A stretch of DNA of 64,000 nucleotides from NCBI GenBank assembly GCA_963807635.1, contig CAWEDJ010000028.1, positions 32,001-96,000 on the forward strand, given 5' to 3'. The notes under the pieces were generated by a model. The model did no database searches, was not told the DNA's origin, and saw only the letters and a list, made by a program, of their open reading frames with translations. The position numbers and the translations under genes were made by a program. Below are positions 34,267 to 45,391 of the stretch, piece by piece; position 1 is the first letter of the stretch; every line of letters starts with the position of its first letter. The stretch is from an uncultured cyanobacterium (lineage in GTDB: Bacteria > Cyanobacteriota > Cyanobacteriia > Cyanobacteriales > Microcystaceae).

Positions 34267-35835
34267 TTAATATTTCTCTAATTCGGCGATCGCTTCGGCT
34301 AATTCAAACAACGGTGCCAAAACCGTTTCAAAGGGTAAGGTCTGCTTTTTTAGATCTGGTTCGTAATTTTCAGCATAGATATTCAGATTCACCCGTTCGT
34401 TGGATTGATAGGGAGTATCTAGTTTAAAAAGTAATCGTGAACCATCGGTAAAAACCAGGTTTAAGCCAACCTGTTCTACTCGTTGAAACTGTAATTCATT
34501 ATAAAATTTTAGGGGCTGACTATAGGCGACTTGATAGGGGCCGTATTCTTTCCCCTTAAGATTTAGGGTCGTCAAAGCGTGCAATTTATCATACATCGCA
34601 GAGAAGGTTAATCCTGGATAAAGTTGACAGCCGTGATAATTTCTGCCGTATTTTTGCCAATGATTTTGAACAGTTTTAAGGACGGATTGGGGACGAGCTG
34701 CGAGTAAATTTAGCCAAAATAATAGGGCCCAGAGTCCATCAGTTTCTCGGCTATAATTTGCGCCAATTTGTCCCTCTTCGTTGCCGCCAAAAGTTACTCC
34801 TTGAATGTCCATCAGTTGACTGGTAAAAGTCCAATCAGTAGGGGTTTCATAACAGACAATATCTAAGGCGGTACAGGCATGATCGACCGCAGTACTGGCA
34901 AATAGCGATCGCGTTATGGCGTTGACCGCTCCTCGGTAAGCAGGAATGAGGGGAGAATTTGCCGTTAAAATCGCTAAACTATCACTGGCGGTTACCCCAA
35001 TATTTTTGCCAAAAATCCCGTAGCGATCGCCCACCAAAATACAGGTGATATCGGGGGGATCAATTTTCCAAGGAAGATTGGTAGTTCCGATTAAAGCATC
35101 TAGAAAGATCGGAGCCATTTCAAAGGTGACAGTCCCTGGTAATAAACCCAGATTTTTTTCTAATAAATGTTGACTATAAGCGTAATTAATGGGGTCAAGA
35201 CAGGTTACCACCACTCGAAAATCTTGAGTTTTTAAAAAGTGTTGAATACTATCTAAATCAAAAATCGAAGACATCAATTTTTCGTAGATTGCGGCGGAAT
35301 TAACCACTTCAACTGTCAAGTTTTCCAGGGCAACAATCCCTAAACGATTGAGGGAAATATCACTGCTGTCTAAAATTTGATAATTCTGAATAATTTGGGT
35401 GCGTTCTTGAATTCCTTCTAAAGCGTTGAAGGTTGCCTTGGAACCATTACCTAAATAATAATCGAGATGGATTTCTCCGCCCTTTTCTGAAGAATGAATC
35501 TGAATTAAAATTCCTGCGATCGCCGTGTGACGACGAATGAGGTAGGACGCGATCCCAGGAGAAAGTAATCCTTGGGAACCGACAATCACTTTCCCAAAGC
35601 CATTAGCGGCGGCTAACTTGATAATGGTTTGTAAAAATCCCTGGGTGATATCCTGACCGTCTCCGCCTAAAACGAGAGTTTGACCCTGCCGATTGGGGAG
35701 AATTGTAAAAAAACTTTGGACAGCATTTTCTAGATAATGGGGTTGCCGAAAAACCGACAGGGGCTTACGCAGACCATAGGGGAACAGTTTTTGATCCGCA
35801 AAGGGTTGGGTGGGAACTGTCCGAAGAAGGGTCAT
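34267..35835 (-). CDS. Phosphoglucomutase-like protein with degenerate active site
   Basis: PGM scaffold (TLVLGGDG, SDSLA, YETPT.W, DGLWA, HWQKYGRNY, FTDGSR) without SHNP or DGDGDR. Confidence 0.75.
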   Translation of the reverse strand: MTLLRTVPTQPFADQKLFPYGLRKPLSVFRQPHYLENAVQSFFTILPNRQGQTLVLGGDGQDITQGFLQTIIKLAAANGFGKVIVGSQGLLSPGIASYLIRRHTAIAGILIQIHSSEKGGEIHLDYYLGNGSKATFNALEGIQERTQIIQNYQILDSSDISLNRLGIVALENLTVEVVNSAAIYEKLMSSIFDLDSIQHFLKTQDFRVVVTCLDPINYAYSQHLLEKNLGLLPGTVTFEMAPIFLDALIGTTNLPWKIDPPDITCILVGDRYGIFGKNIGVTASDSLAILTANSPLIPAYRGAVNAITRSLFASTAVDHACTALDIVCYETPTDWTFTSQLMDIQGVTFGGNEEGQIGANYSRETDGLWALLFWLNLLAARPQSVLKTVQNHWQKYGRNYHGCQLYPGLTFSAMYDKLHALTTLNLKGKEYGPYQVAYSQPLKFYNELQFQRVEQVGLNLVFTDGSRLLFKLDTPYQSNERVNLNIYAENYEPDLKKQTLPFETVLAPLFELAEAIAELEKY

Positions 35836-36560
35836 AGGTTACTGTGAGAATGGGGGATATTTTCTGACGGGGACGGAGCAGTGGGGGAATGCAGGTTTTC
35901 GGGTTGACTGACCTTGGCTCGGTACAAAAGCTTTTTACCCTGGCGATAACCCACATAACGCACGATGACGGTACTGCCCGCTTCAACGGTTCCATCCATT
36001 AATTGATGCCATTGGGGATTATAACTGACGCTTTCTCCCACCGCCGCGATCGCTTCAATTTTCCATTGTTGCAGAAGATTCGCCAATGGTTTCATCAGAG
36101 GTAATAACTTAATGGCAGGAAATTGGGGATTTTTATGGGCGGCGGCCGCGGCAGTAGGCCATTGCAGTAACCAGGATTCTAAAATCGTGATGGCGTGATT
36201 TTGAAATTCCTGAACTAAGGTTTCCCGTTGTTGATCAAATTTTTGCTGGAGTTTTTGATATTCCGACTCTAACCGTTCGATCTCTGCACTGCGATCGTCA
36301 GTGTTGGGTTCGATTTCCGTTGGGGAATAGCCTGAATCAGGACAAAGCTGGGCTAACACTTTTTCAGGAGAAAGTTTGAGAGCAGTGGCTAATTTAATCA
36401 AATTTTCCACAGACATTTTAGACAATAACCCGTACTGAATACGAGCTAATTGCCAACTAGAGAGTCCCGAAATTTGGCTTAATTCGTCAAGATCAGCAAT
36501 TCCCGCCTGTTGCATCAGGTCGGCTAAAGGGAGGGCATAGGGAGGAAGCGTTGATTTCAT
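35832..36560 (-). CDS. XRE-type HTH + coiled coil + GrpE-like C-terminal domain protein
   Basis: HTH N-terminus; YNPQWHQ...VRYVGYRQG..LLYRAKV. Confidence 0.75.
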   Translation of the reverse strand: MKSTLPPYALPLADLMQQAGIADLDELSQISGLSSWQLARIQYGLLSKMSVENLIKLATALKLSPEKVLAQLCPDSGYSPTEIEPNTDDRSAEIERLESEYQKLQQKFDQQRETLVQEFQNHAITILESWLLQWPTAAAAAHKNPQFPAIKLLPLMKPLANLLQQWKIEAIAAVGESVSYNPQWHQLMDGTVEAGSTVIVRYVGYRQGKKLLYRAKVSQPENLHSPTAPSPSENIPHSHSNL

Positions 36561-36709
36561 AATTTCATAGTGGAGTAAGAGTAAAACTTAATAATAGTTG
36601 AAAATTTTAACCCCCATTCCACCAGTACCGAAGAACTTTTAAACAATTTCACAATCCTTACCGAACAAGGACTTTAAGCTTTCGTTCAGTTCCGCAGTCC
36701 AGCGATCGC

Positions 36710-38216
36710 CTAAACATCATAACCAAATAAATTAGGATTCACCTCGGTTAAATTGAGATCCCCTAAACCGTATTCTTGCCAACGTTGAGTCACTTTTTCT
36801 GCCGTATCAGGATCGGACTCTAACACCGCACCCCATTCATGATCGGTCTCAGGAGGAATTTTTGTGGTGGCATCAATGCCCATTCGTCCGCCTAAACCAA
36901 TTTTTTCGCTGGCAAAATCCAGGGTATCAAAGGGTGTTTCGGGCAAAATAAAGACATCGCGCACAGGGTCAACCTTGGAACTGATCGCCCAAACCACTTG
37001 ACGAGGATCGCGGATATTAATCGATTTATCGACCACAATCACAAATTTTGTATAGGTAAACTGGGGTAAGGCACTCCAAAAAGCGAGGGCGGCTCGTTTG
37101 GCTTGACCTGGATAGGCTTTATCGATAGAAATAATGGCCGCTTTATAACTCAGGGCTTCCATCGGTAAGAAAAAGTCGGTAATTTCCGAAACCTGTTGGC
37201 GCAAAATGGGGGTATAGATGCGGTTAAGTGCGATCGCCATCATCGCTTCTTCCTTGGGAGGTCGGCCACTAAAAGTCGTGAGATAAATGGGATCTTTGCG
37301 ATGGGTGATAGCATGAAAACGCACTAGAGGAGAATCTTCCACACCGCCGTAATACCCCATGTGATCGCCAAAGGGGCCATCGGGTAACATTTCGCCAGGG
37401 GTCATGGTTCCTTCTAATACAAATTCTGAGTCGGCAGGAACTTCTAAATCGACCGTTTTACAGCGAGCCAATTTTACGCCTGATCCCCCGTATAGACCCG
37501 CAAATAACCACTCCGATAGATCCACAGGAATGGGAGTAGCCGCCGCCATGATGATCAACGGATCGACTCCTAACGCGATCGCAATTTCTAATTTTTTTCC
37601 TGCTTCTGCGGCCTTGCGTAAGTGTCTGGCTCCTCCCCGCACCGAGAGCCAATGAACGGTCATGGTATTTTTGGATTGCAATTGCAGACGATAAACCCCC
37701 ACATTGGGCGTACCTGTTTCGCAATCTTTGGTAATGACTAATCCCAAGGTAATAATTTGACCTGCATCGCCTGAATAGGGACGAATCATGGGGATTTGGG
37801 TTAAATCTACATCATCGCCTTCGATGACTATCTGTTGACAGGGGGGAAAATAATCGCGGCTCGGTTTGGCTTTGAGGACATCAAATAGCACTTTGCCAAA
37901 ATCGATCGCTTGGGAGACGGTTTTGGGTGGTTTGGGTTGTTGCAACATGGACAATTTTTTGCCTAAATCCTCTAATTCCAAGGGATTTTCCATGTTCATT
38001 GCCCGACCAGATGCGTTCGACGGTTCCCATTAAATTGACGGCAATGGGAAAGGCTGAGTCTTTGACGTTTTCAAACAATAGGGCTGGGCCGCCTGCTTGC
38101 AACATTCGGTTGGCAATTTCTGCAACTTCGAGGTCGCGATCGACTGGGGCTGTGATGCGTCGTAATTGTCCCCGTTCTTCGAGCAGTTGGATGAATCCCC
38201 GTAAGTCTCTGGCCAT
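36710..38216 (-). CDS. ubiD: UbiD family decarboxylase (frameshift ~38005)
   Basis: MARDLRGFI..., NVGVYRLQ, DGPFGDHMGYY, MGIDAT. Confidence 0.92.
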
Positions 38217-38322
38217 GATGATTAAAAAACTATTAAGTTTAGAGTTATTTGTGTGATCCTAACAAAAATCAATCCCTTAAAACAAGCTATAATCGCGATA
38301 GTACTAAATTTTCCTGTCAAAA

Positions 38323-39687
38323 ATGTCCGATCAAGTAGAACTAACTGCTCAAAATGAATCCAACGAAAACCTTGACATAGGCAAATATCTTTCTTTGATT
38401 CTTCTAGAAATTATTAAAGATAATCCCGATTATTTGCTAGACAAATATAAAGAACGTAACTGGCAAGATAAAAAATTTCAAGAAAGATTAATACAATATT
38501 TTTCTCAGAGTTTTAAAGAAAATATTAGGCGAGAAGAGTTTTTAGCCAAGGCCATTTCCTTATTTCGTTTATTCCTTGTTCCTTTTACTTTCAATGACGA
38601 AAAAATTATTGACTTATGCATTAATACTTATTTCTCCGAAACCCATAGCTCAAACCAAAAATTAATCCAATCAACTTTAGAATTTTCGATTCTTTTAGTT
38701 GATATTGAAAACATTAGTTTAGACGTTTTAGCAGAAGATTATATTAAAAAATCTTGCACCTATCCTTTAAAGCACTGTTTAGCATTTGGGAACTGGAAAA
38801 AGCTAGGACAAAAAGACGAAGAGCTTCATGAGAGAGGTTATGAACTATTTCATGTTCCTCAAGGGAAAAATAATGCAAATCATAGAATGACAAACATTGG
38901 TTCTTTTATTTGCCTAAATTACCCTGGCATTAGGGAAATCTTTGTATGCTCTTCTGATAAAGATTTAGATATTTTATGTAATTTTCTATCAAAAAAAGAT
39001 GTTATCGTTTATCGAGTCTTCAAAGAAATAAACAATTTGTGTATTAAAAATTTAAAGACAGAAGAAGCTTCATTATTTCCTATTATTTCCAATAGTAAAC
39101 TTTTAAAATTAGAAACATTTATTGAAGAGCTTAAACAGATCATCTATCAAGAGATTATAAATAATGAAAATAATCAACAGTGGTTCAGAATATCCCAAAT
39201 CTCAGCTTTATTTTATAAAAAACATAATCTTAGCCTTAATCAGGTTGTTGATTATCATTTTCCAGGGAAAAAAGCTAAATTTATCTTTGGTGAATATAAA
39301 AATGATTTTGTGATTCATAATCTTCCTGATACTCAAGAAATGTTTATTACTTTATTTGATATTAAATCAATAACTACGACATCAAGTAATCATTCTAAAA
39401 ATATCAGCCAATCAAAATCAACTTATTCTAAAGAATCTATAGAAAAAATACTTCTTACAATTGTTCAAGAAGAAATGAAGAAAGACAATAGCAAAAAAGT
39501 TGAGTCAAGCAAGATTGCTTCACGTTTTATGTTACAGTGTAAAATCCCCATTACAAAAGCTCTTAAAGAAGCGAAATTGCCTAGCCAATATAAGTCATTT
39601 ATTCAATCTACAGAAAAATTAGAAATTATAGTTAAGGGGAATAAACAATTTATTGGTCTTCGCTCAGATAAAACGAAGCCAACATAA
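38323..39687 (+). CDS. NYN (LabA/DUF88) domain protein with C-terminal OST-HTH-like regions
   Basis: LLVDIEN, FGNW, VPQGKN, CSSDKD; very AT-rich. Confidence 0.72.
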   Translation: MSDQVELTAQNESNENLDIGKYLSLILLEIIKDNPDYLLDKYKERNWQDKKFQERLIQYFSQSFKENIRREEFLAKAISLFRLFLVPFTFNDEKIIDLCINTYFSETHSSNQKLIQSTLEFSILLVDIENISLDVLAEDYIKKSCTYPLKHCLAFGNWKKLGQKDEELHERGYELFHVPQGKNNANHRMTNIGSFICLNYPGIREIFVCSSDKDLDILCNFLSKKDVIVYRVFKEINNLCIKNLKTEEASLFPIISNSKLLKLETFIEELKQIIYQEIINNENNQQWFRISQISALFYKKHNLSLNQVVDYHFPGKKAKFIFGEYKNDFVIHNLPDTQEMFITLFDIKSITTTSSNHSKNISQSKSTYSKESIEKILLTIVQEEMKKDNSKKVESSKIASRFMLQCKIPITKALKEAKLPSQYKSFIQSTEKLEIIVKGNKQFIGLRSDKTKPT

Positions 39688-39827
39688 ACTTCAATCCCCA
39701 AAATTTTATTTCGTAGACTGTCGAAAAGAAACCAATATATCAAAATAATGACAATCTTGCTAGAAATAATAAAGGTCTTTGCACATATCCAAAAGTCAGT
39801 TTGAGTCTAGGTTTTAAAATATGTGCT

Positions 39828-40799
39828 TTAAACGATCGCCCCATAGGTTAATCCTAATTGTTTCAACCATTTACGATAGGCCAAAGAACCGCGATCGCAG
39901 GGAAGATGGAACTCCATTTTTAGATCTAAGGGTAAGCGTTTAGGATTGTGGGTTTCGAGAATCGCAAAATCTTCAGCAACCAGGTGATTTTGAAACTTCT
40001 CTACTTCTGCATCAGGGATATCCTGGGCGTAATTCATGGCGATCGCCATCCATCCCACGCATTCTTCCTCAGTAACAGGCGTAACCTGAAACAGAATTGC
40101 CAAACAATTGCCATTGGGAGCTTCTTTGCGGAAATAGGCCGTGAACGGACGAAAAACACGGTAATTGTAAATCACAAATTCCCCCTGACCTGTCCCATCG
40201 GGATCGGGTTGCCAGACGCGAATATTGTGCAGTGCTACCCCCTGATCGTCGGTAGAAACGGTGAAATCTTCAATAGTAGTTTGGCTGATATCACCTAACG
40301 TTCCAGGATGAACAAAGGGAAAATGGGAGACATCCAAAAAGTTTTCGATCGCCCGCAATCCACTCGTTTGACAATGATAGGGGCCAGTGAGACAGATACG
40401 GTAACTAGGATCATCCCATTCTGAGAAGATGGGAATTTCTCCGATAGGTTCGCCCAAGCAAACATAAACTAAGCCATACTTTTCTAGAGCATTAAAGGTT
40501 TGGACGCAAGCTTGTTTTGGTGGCGTGTAATGGGGATAGGCGGGGGCGGTGATACATTGCCCTGCATCATTAAACACCAAACCATGATAGGCACAAACCA
40601 CCGTATTATTCACAATTCGTCCTCCCGAAAGCCGAACACTGCGGTGAGGACAACGATCTTGCCAGACCAGAATTTGAGCCTCGTTATTGCGCCAAATAAC
40701 GAGATCCGTATCGAGCAATTTCACTTTCGTCAATGTACCGCATTCGATCGCTTCTGAACGGGCAACCACGTGCCAGTCGTTTAATAAAACAGCATCCAT
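39828..40799 (-). CDS. Rieske oxygenase alpha subunit (VanA/Ndm demethylase-like)
   Basis: DRCPHR...CAYHG Rieske site; ENFLDVSHFPFVH iron site. Confidence 0.9.
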   Translation of the reverse strand: MDAVLLNDWHVVARSEAIECGTLTKVKLLDTDLVIWRNNEAQILVWQDRCPHRSVRLSGGRIVNNTVVCAYHGLVFNDAGQCITAPAYPHYTPPKQACVQTFNALEKYGLVYVCLGEPIGEIPIFSEWDDPSYRICLTGPYHCQTSGLRAIENFLDVSHFPFVHPGTLGDISQTTIEDFTVSTDDQGVALHNIRVWQPDPDGTGQGEFVIYNYRVFRPFTAYFRKEAPNGNCLAILFQVTPVTEEECVGWMAIAMNYAQDIPDAEVEKFQNHLVAEDFAILETHNPKRLPLDLKMEFHLPCDRGSLAYRKWLKQLGLTYGAIV

Positions 40800-40813
40800 A
40801 GGTCAAAGGCAAA

Positions 40814-41806
40814 TTAATCTTGTTGGAAAGTCCGCCCTAAAGCGGCAGGGGGTGTACTGCGAATGGTTTGAGCGATCGCCCAGGCAAGTCTGGGAGGCAA
40901 AAACTTGAGTAACTGTTCTAACCAATGGCTGGAGGTCAGCACTAAAAATAGAATCATTAATACAAAGGGAGCCACCGTAAATACCTGGGTCGGCACGTTG
41001 GGAATGGTACTTTGAGCCACGCTGGCCAAGGATTGGAGAATGCCAAACAGGTAACAACTTAAGGCAACCCGTAGGGGATTCCAGCCGCCAAAAATGACGA
41101 TCGCCAAGGCAATCCAACCATAACCTGCGGTATGTCGGTGACTCCAGCCTGCTTTAAAATCGAGGGAAAAAGCCGCTCCTGCAATACCCACGAGGGAACC
41201 GCCCAATAGGGTATAAAAATAACGCATAAAAACTACGTTAGTTCCGCGCACAAAAGCCGCCGCAGGTTGTTCCCCTATCGCCCGTAACATCAACCCAGGT
41301 CGGGTGCGATAAAAGAAAATCCAGGTGATAATGATCAGCAAGAAACTCAGATAAACTAGCAGATCACTCTGGAAGAACAACGGCCCAAGGATGGGAATAG
41401 CTTGCAAAATTGGGATCTTCAAACTGGGAACTGTCGGGCCAGGAATTCGCACAAAGGGATTTCCCAAAAAGGAAGACAAATCCGCACAGAGCAAAGTCAA
41501 AACAAAGCCGATCGCTACTTGAGATTGTCGTAGGGTTAATGCACCAAAGGCCACAATCAGAGCGATCACTGCACCTGTCAGAGCGGCGGCCCCAAACCCT
41601 AGTAATAAGCTGGGAACAGTCCCCAATCCTTCGCTCGTTTTGGCAACCGCAAAGCCCACCATTGCAGACAGTAGGATCGTCCCCTCCGTCGAGAGGTTAA
41701 TCACTCCAGCCCGTTCAGTAATGGTTTCCCCAATGGCGGCAAAGACCAAAGGCGTGGAAGTGGCGATCGCAACGGACAGAATTGAAATGATTTGGGCAGT
41801 ATCCAT
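40814..41806 (-). CDS. Nucleoside-type ABC permease
   Basis: GETITERAGVINLSTEG, GLMLRAIGE, GYGWIALAIVIFGGWNP. Confidence 0.88.
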   Translation of the reverse strand: MDTAQIISILSVAIATSTPLVFAAIGETITERAGVINLSTEGTILLSAMVGFAVAKTSEGLGTVPSLLLGFGAAALTGAVIALIVAFGALTLRQSQVAIGFVLTLLCADLSSFLGNPFVRIPGPTVPSLKIPILQAIPILGPLFFQSDLLVYLSFLLIIITWIFFYRTRPGLMLRAIGEQPAAAFVRGTNVVFMRYFYTLLGGSLVGIAGAAFSLDFKAGWSHRHTAGYGWIALAIVIFGGWNPLRVALSCYLFGILQSLASVAQSTIPNVPTQVFTVAPFVLMILFLVLTSSHWLEQLLKFLPPRLAWAIAQTIRSTPPAALGRTFQQD

Positions 41807-41862
41807 AGGAAATCAGGAATAGGGAATAGCGGACTTGGAAAAGGCCAATTGCAGTCTATTAT

Positions 41863-43179
41863 TTAACAATCCAAGGTATTTTCGGTTTCCCAAGGTGTAA
41901 TGCGATCGCAGAAATTTTGCCATTCCTGATGTTTGAGTTTGAGATAGGAAGCCACGAATGGTTCACCCAAAGCTTGAGCAATCAGGGGATTAGAGTCTAA
42001 GCAACGCAGAGCATCTAGTAAATTGCCTGGTAATTTTTTGGCGACTTCTTCGGGTAACGGATCGGTATAGGTATTGTTGGAATAGGGTTTCCCTGGATCG
42101 CGTTTTTGCTCAATGCCATCCAGACCCGCCGCAATCAAAGCCGCAGCTAAAAGGTAGGGATTGGCTGAACCATCGGCTAGGCGAAACTCAAATCTGCCTG
42201 CTTCGGGAATGCGGATCGTATGGGTGCGGTTATTGCCACTATAGCTAATGGAGTTGGGCGACCAGGTTGCACCAGAAGCGGTGATGGGGGCATTAATGCG
42301 TTTATAGGAATTAACGGTGGGATTGGTAAAGGCGCAAATCGCGTCGGTAGAGTGCAAGACTCCGCCGATAAATTGGTAAGCCAGACCTGAAAGCCCTAAT
42401 TCTCCTTGATTATCCTCAAAAAGATTGGTATTTCCCGCTAAATCCCAGACAGAAAGGTGGGTATGGCAACCATTCCCAGTGAGGTGAGAAAAGGGTTTAG
42501 GCATAAAGGTTGCTCGCATTCCGTGTTTTTCCGCGATCGCCTTGACCATATATTTAAAAAAAGCATGACGATCTGCTGTAACCAGAGCATCGGCATACAT
42601 CCAGTTCATTTCAAACTGCCCATTAGCATCTTCGTGATCATTTTGATAGGCTCCCCAACCCAAGGCCAGCATGGCATCACAGATTTCTGCAATAATATCA
42701 AATCGTCGCATCAAGGATTGTTGGTCATAGCAGGGTTTACTTTGGCGATCGCGTTTATCCGAGAGTTGTTCACCGTCGGCGGATAAAAGAAAAAATTCGC
42801 ACTCTACCCCCGTTTTGACTCGATATCCTTTGGTTTCTGCTTGATTGATAACTTGCTTGAGAACCAGTCGGGGCGTTTGCATAATGGGTTCTCCTGCCGT
42901 TGTGTGCAGATCCGCCGCTAACCAGCCCACATCGGGTTGCCAGGGTAATGGGATCAGACTAGATTGATCAGGAATCGCCAACACATCAGGATCGGCGGGA
43001 GTCATATCCAACCAAGCCGCAAAACCTGCAAAGCCCGCCCCATTGGTCGCCATTGTATCGATCGCCTGGGCAGGAACCAACTTTGATCGCTGGACTCCGA
43101 AAAGATCGGTAAAACTAATCAGGAAATAACGAATACCTTTTTGGCGGGCAATTTCAGAAAGAAGAGTCATAAAATACAT
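41863..43179 (-). CDS. glnT: GlnT/GmaS-type glutamate-amine ligase
   Basis: RSKLVPA, GAGFAGFA, KPCYDQ, YQNDHEDANGQFE, SGATWSP, NNRTH. Confidence 0.88.
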   Translation of the reverse strand: MYFMTLLSEIARQKGIRYFLISFTDLFGVQRSKLVPAQAIDTMATNGAGFAGFAAWLDMTPADPDVLAIPDQSSLIPLPWQPDVGWLAADLHTTAGEPIMQTPRLVLKQVINQAETKGYRVKTGVECEFFLLSADGEQLSDKRDRQSKPCYDQQSLMRRFDIIAEICDAMLALGWGAYQNDHEDANGQFEMNWMYADALVTADRHAFFKYMVKAIAEKHGMRATFMPKPFSHLTGNGCHTHLSVWDLAGNTNLFEDNQGELGLSGLAYQFIGGVLHSTDAICAFTNPTVNSYKRINAPITASGATWSPNSISYSGNNRTHTIRIPEAGRFEFRLADGSANPYLLAAALIAAGLDGIEQKRDPGKPYSNNTYTDPLPEEVAKKLPGNLLDALRCLDSNPLIAQALGEPFVASYLKLKHQEWQNFCDRITPWETENTLDC

Positions 43180-43203
43180 TTTTAGAGAATGGCTTTAATC
43201 TTT

Positions 43204-44376
43204 TTAATAGCTTTGCTTTTCAATAATTCTGATCATCACCTTTTCGATGCTTCCCTTCATAAAACCGATAAAGAAGCTAAAAAAATGAGAAGACTGGGCT
43301 ATTTTTAGGGATAATTTACTATAGCTTAACAGCTTGCCGAATTTTTGGGATAAAAGACCTTCATATTCAGCAAAAAATGAGCTATCGAAACATTCTTTTT
43401 TCAAGGCTTCCTGAATTTTTTTTGCAGCGATTAATCCCGACATCATGCCCGTGCCAACTCCCTCTTTATAAAAAGGATTTGCCAAACCTGCCGCATCACC
43501 CACTAATAAAAAATTATCCCCACTAACCCTTAAATGACCAAAGAAAGAGGGGATTCCCCAGCCTCTCCAATCCCCCAAGCGATGGGCGGAAGTGAATTTT
43601 TCTTTGATTTGGGGATGGGTTGTAATAATATTTTCTATTTCTGTTTTGAGATTAATTTTATGTAAACCAATTTTCGCGGTATTTCCACCAAAACTCACGT
43701 TGCTAATTCCGTCTACTAAAGGAAAAATATAAAAGAAGAGTGGCATATTTTGATAAATAAGACGAATTTCTGCAATATTTTCTGGTAATAAGTCTTTTAT
43801 TCCTTCAAAATAAGCACTAATAAAGGTCGAAGTATGCTTTTTATCGGGCTTATTGTTACCCAGCTTACGGCGTACTAGGGACTGAATACCGTCCGCCCCC
43901 ACAAGAATTTTGGTTACCACTTCGTTGCCGTCTTCTAGAGTCAGTTTTAATCCCTGTCCGTTTTTAAGTCTTTCAATGTCTTTTAGACCAACTCCTAGCC
44001 GTACATCAGCATAATTGGAAGGTAAATTTTCTACTAAAAAATTATCAAAATCGATTCTTTTACCGTAAAAAAATGGAGCATAGGGTTTTCTTTCTTTGCT
44101 TGGATAAATATCCAAACAGATTTTATCTGAAGCATAAAAATTAGTTTTATAAGAATGCAAAAAAGCAGGACTTTCGATAAATTTAGTCAATAGTTTTGGG
44201 TCAATTTCTTTTAATACTTGAAATACATATAAAACAAGTCCATCTCGACAGGTCTTATCCCTGGGAAAAACAGCTTTATCCACTACAACATGGGAGATTC
44301 CCATTTTAGAAAGCATCAAGGAAGTTGTTGCTCCTGAAGGGCCAGCCCCCACGACACAGACATTAGTTGTTTGCAT
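43204..44376 (-). CDS. Geranylgeranyl-reductase-like FAD oxidoreductase
   Basis: VGAGPSG, FPRDKTC, GADG, LVGDAAG...EGVG. Confidence 0.82.
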   Translation of the reverse strand: MQTTNVCVVGAGPSGATTSLMLSKMGISHVVVDKAVFPRDKTCRDGLVLYVFQVLKEIDPKLLTKFIESPAFLHSYKTNFYASDKICLDIYPSKERKPYAPFFYGKRIDFDNFLVENLPSNYADVRLGVGLKDIERLKNGQGLKLTLEDGNEVVTKILVGADGIQSLVRRKLGNNKPDKKHTSTFISAYFEGIKDLLPENIAEIRLIYQNMPLFFYIFPLVDGISNVSFGGNTAKIGLHKINLKTEIENIITTHPQIKEKFTSAHRLGDWRGWGIPSFFGHLRVSGDNFLLVGDAAGLANPFYKEGVGTGMMSGLIAAKKIQEALKKECFDSSFFAEYEGLLSQKFGKLLSYSKLSLKIAQSSHFFSFFIGFMKGSIEKVMIRIIEKQSY

Positions 44377-45391
44377 AATTTTCTAGTAATTTATGAACGG
44401 CTTGACGAATAAAGGCTTGATCCCCTGGATTTTGATAGGGATTTCCCGCTCGATGACCCCAAATGGAAGGAATCGGTAAAAATTCAGCATTCGGAATCAA
44501 ATTTGCCTCGGCTTCGCAATCTTCGGAGGTGAAATATAAATCCGTTGTTGAGGGCATCACGAGGGTTTTGGCTTGAATCGAACTTAAGGCACGATGATAA
44601 TCCCCTTGATAAATAGAATTATTGCTTATATCACAGCGTAACCAGGTATCAATCATTGCCAATAAGTTATGGGGATCGCGTTTACGATAGCCCGCCTCCC
44701 AGCCCCGTTGCAAATAATCTTCCACAGATTCATAACCCAATTGATAATAAATTCCTTCTCGATAAAAGGCTTGGGATGCGGCCCAACTGGCATAAATCCG
44801 CGCAAAAGTCCGAAAACCCCGTTCTGGAATGCCTTCAAAATGAGTCCCTGTCCAAGCGCGATCGCAGGTTAATGCTAATCTCAGACTTTCTAAAAAAATA
44901 CGATTGTGGTCAGTCGTTCGAGCGGTTCCACAGAGAGCGACGATTCTTTCGACTTTATCTTTAAATAAAGCTCCCCAATGATAGGCTTGTTGCGCTCCCA
45001 TCGACCAGCCATAGATCATTGCCAGTTTTTCGATACCAAACACTTCTCGGAGTAATTTTTCCTGAGCGAAAACATTATCCCCATGACTAAACCAAAAACC
45101 CTGTTCCGCTAAACCGCACGCCTGACAATTACTCGGTGAACTGGATAGCCCATTGCCAAACATATTGGGAATAACAATAAACCATCGCGTTGGATCAAGA
45201 ATGCCGTCGGGACGAATCAGCCACTCAATATCTAGGTGAGTTGCGCCGTAGGAAGTGGGATAAAGAATGACATTACTGCGATCGCGGTTTAATTGACCAT
45301 AGGTTTGATAGACCAATTGAGCTTGGGGCAGAATTGCACCACATTGAAGAGCCAAGTTTTCAATCGTAAAAGTGCCAGCACTGGTTATCAT
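44363..45391 (-). CDS. Alpha/beta hydrolase, homoserine acetyltransferase-like fold
   Basis: GNGLSSSPSN, GWSMGAQQA nucleophile, DLYF, WGHRAG. Confidence 0.85.
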   Translation of the reverse strand: MITSAGTFTIENLALQCGAILPQAQLVYQTYGQLNRDRSNVILYPTSYGATHLDIEWLIRPDGILDPTRWFIVIPNMFGNGLSSSPSNCQACGLAEQGFWFSHGDNVFAQEKLLREVFGIEKLAMIYGWSMGAQQAYHWGALFKDKVERIVALCGTARTTDHNRIFLESLRLALTCDRAWTGTHFEGIPERGFRTFARIYASWAASQAFYREGIYYQLGYESVEDYLQRGWEAGYRKRDPHNLLAMIDTWLRCDISNNSIYQGDYHRALSSIQAKTLVMPSTTDLYFTSEDCEAEANLIPNAEFLPIPSIWGHRAGNPYQNPGDQAFIRQAVHKLLENYANN

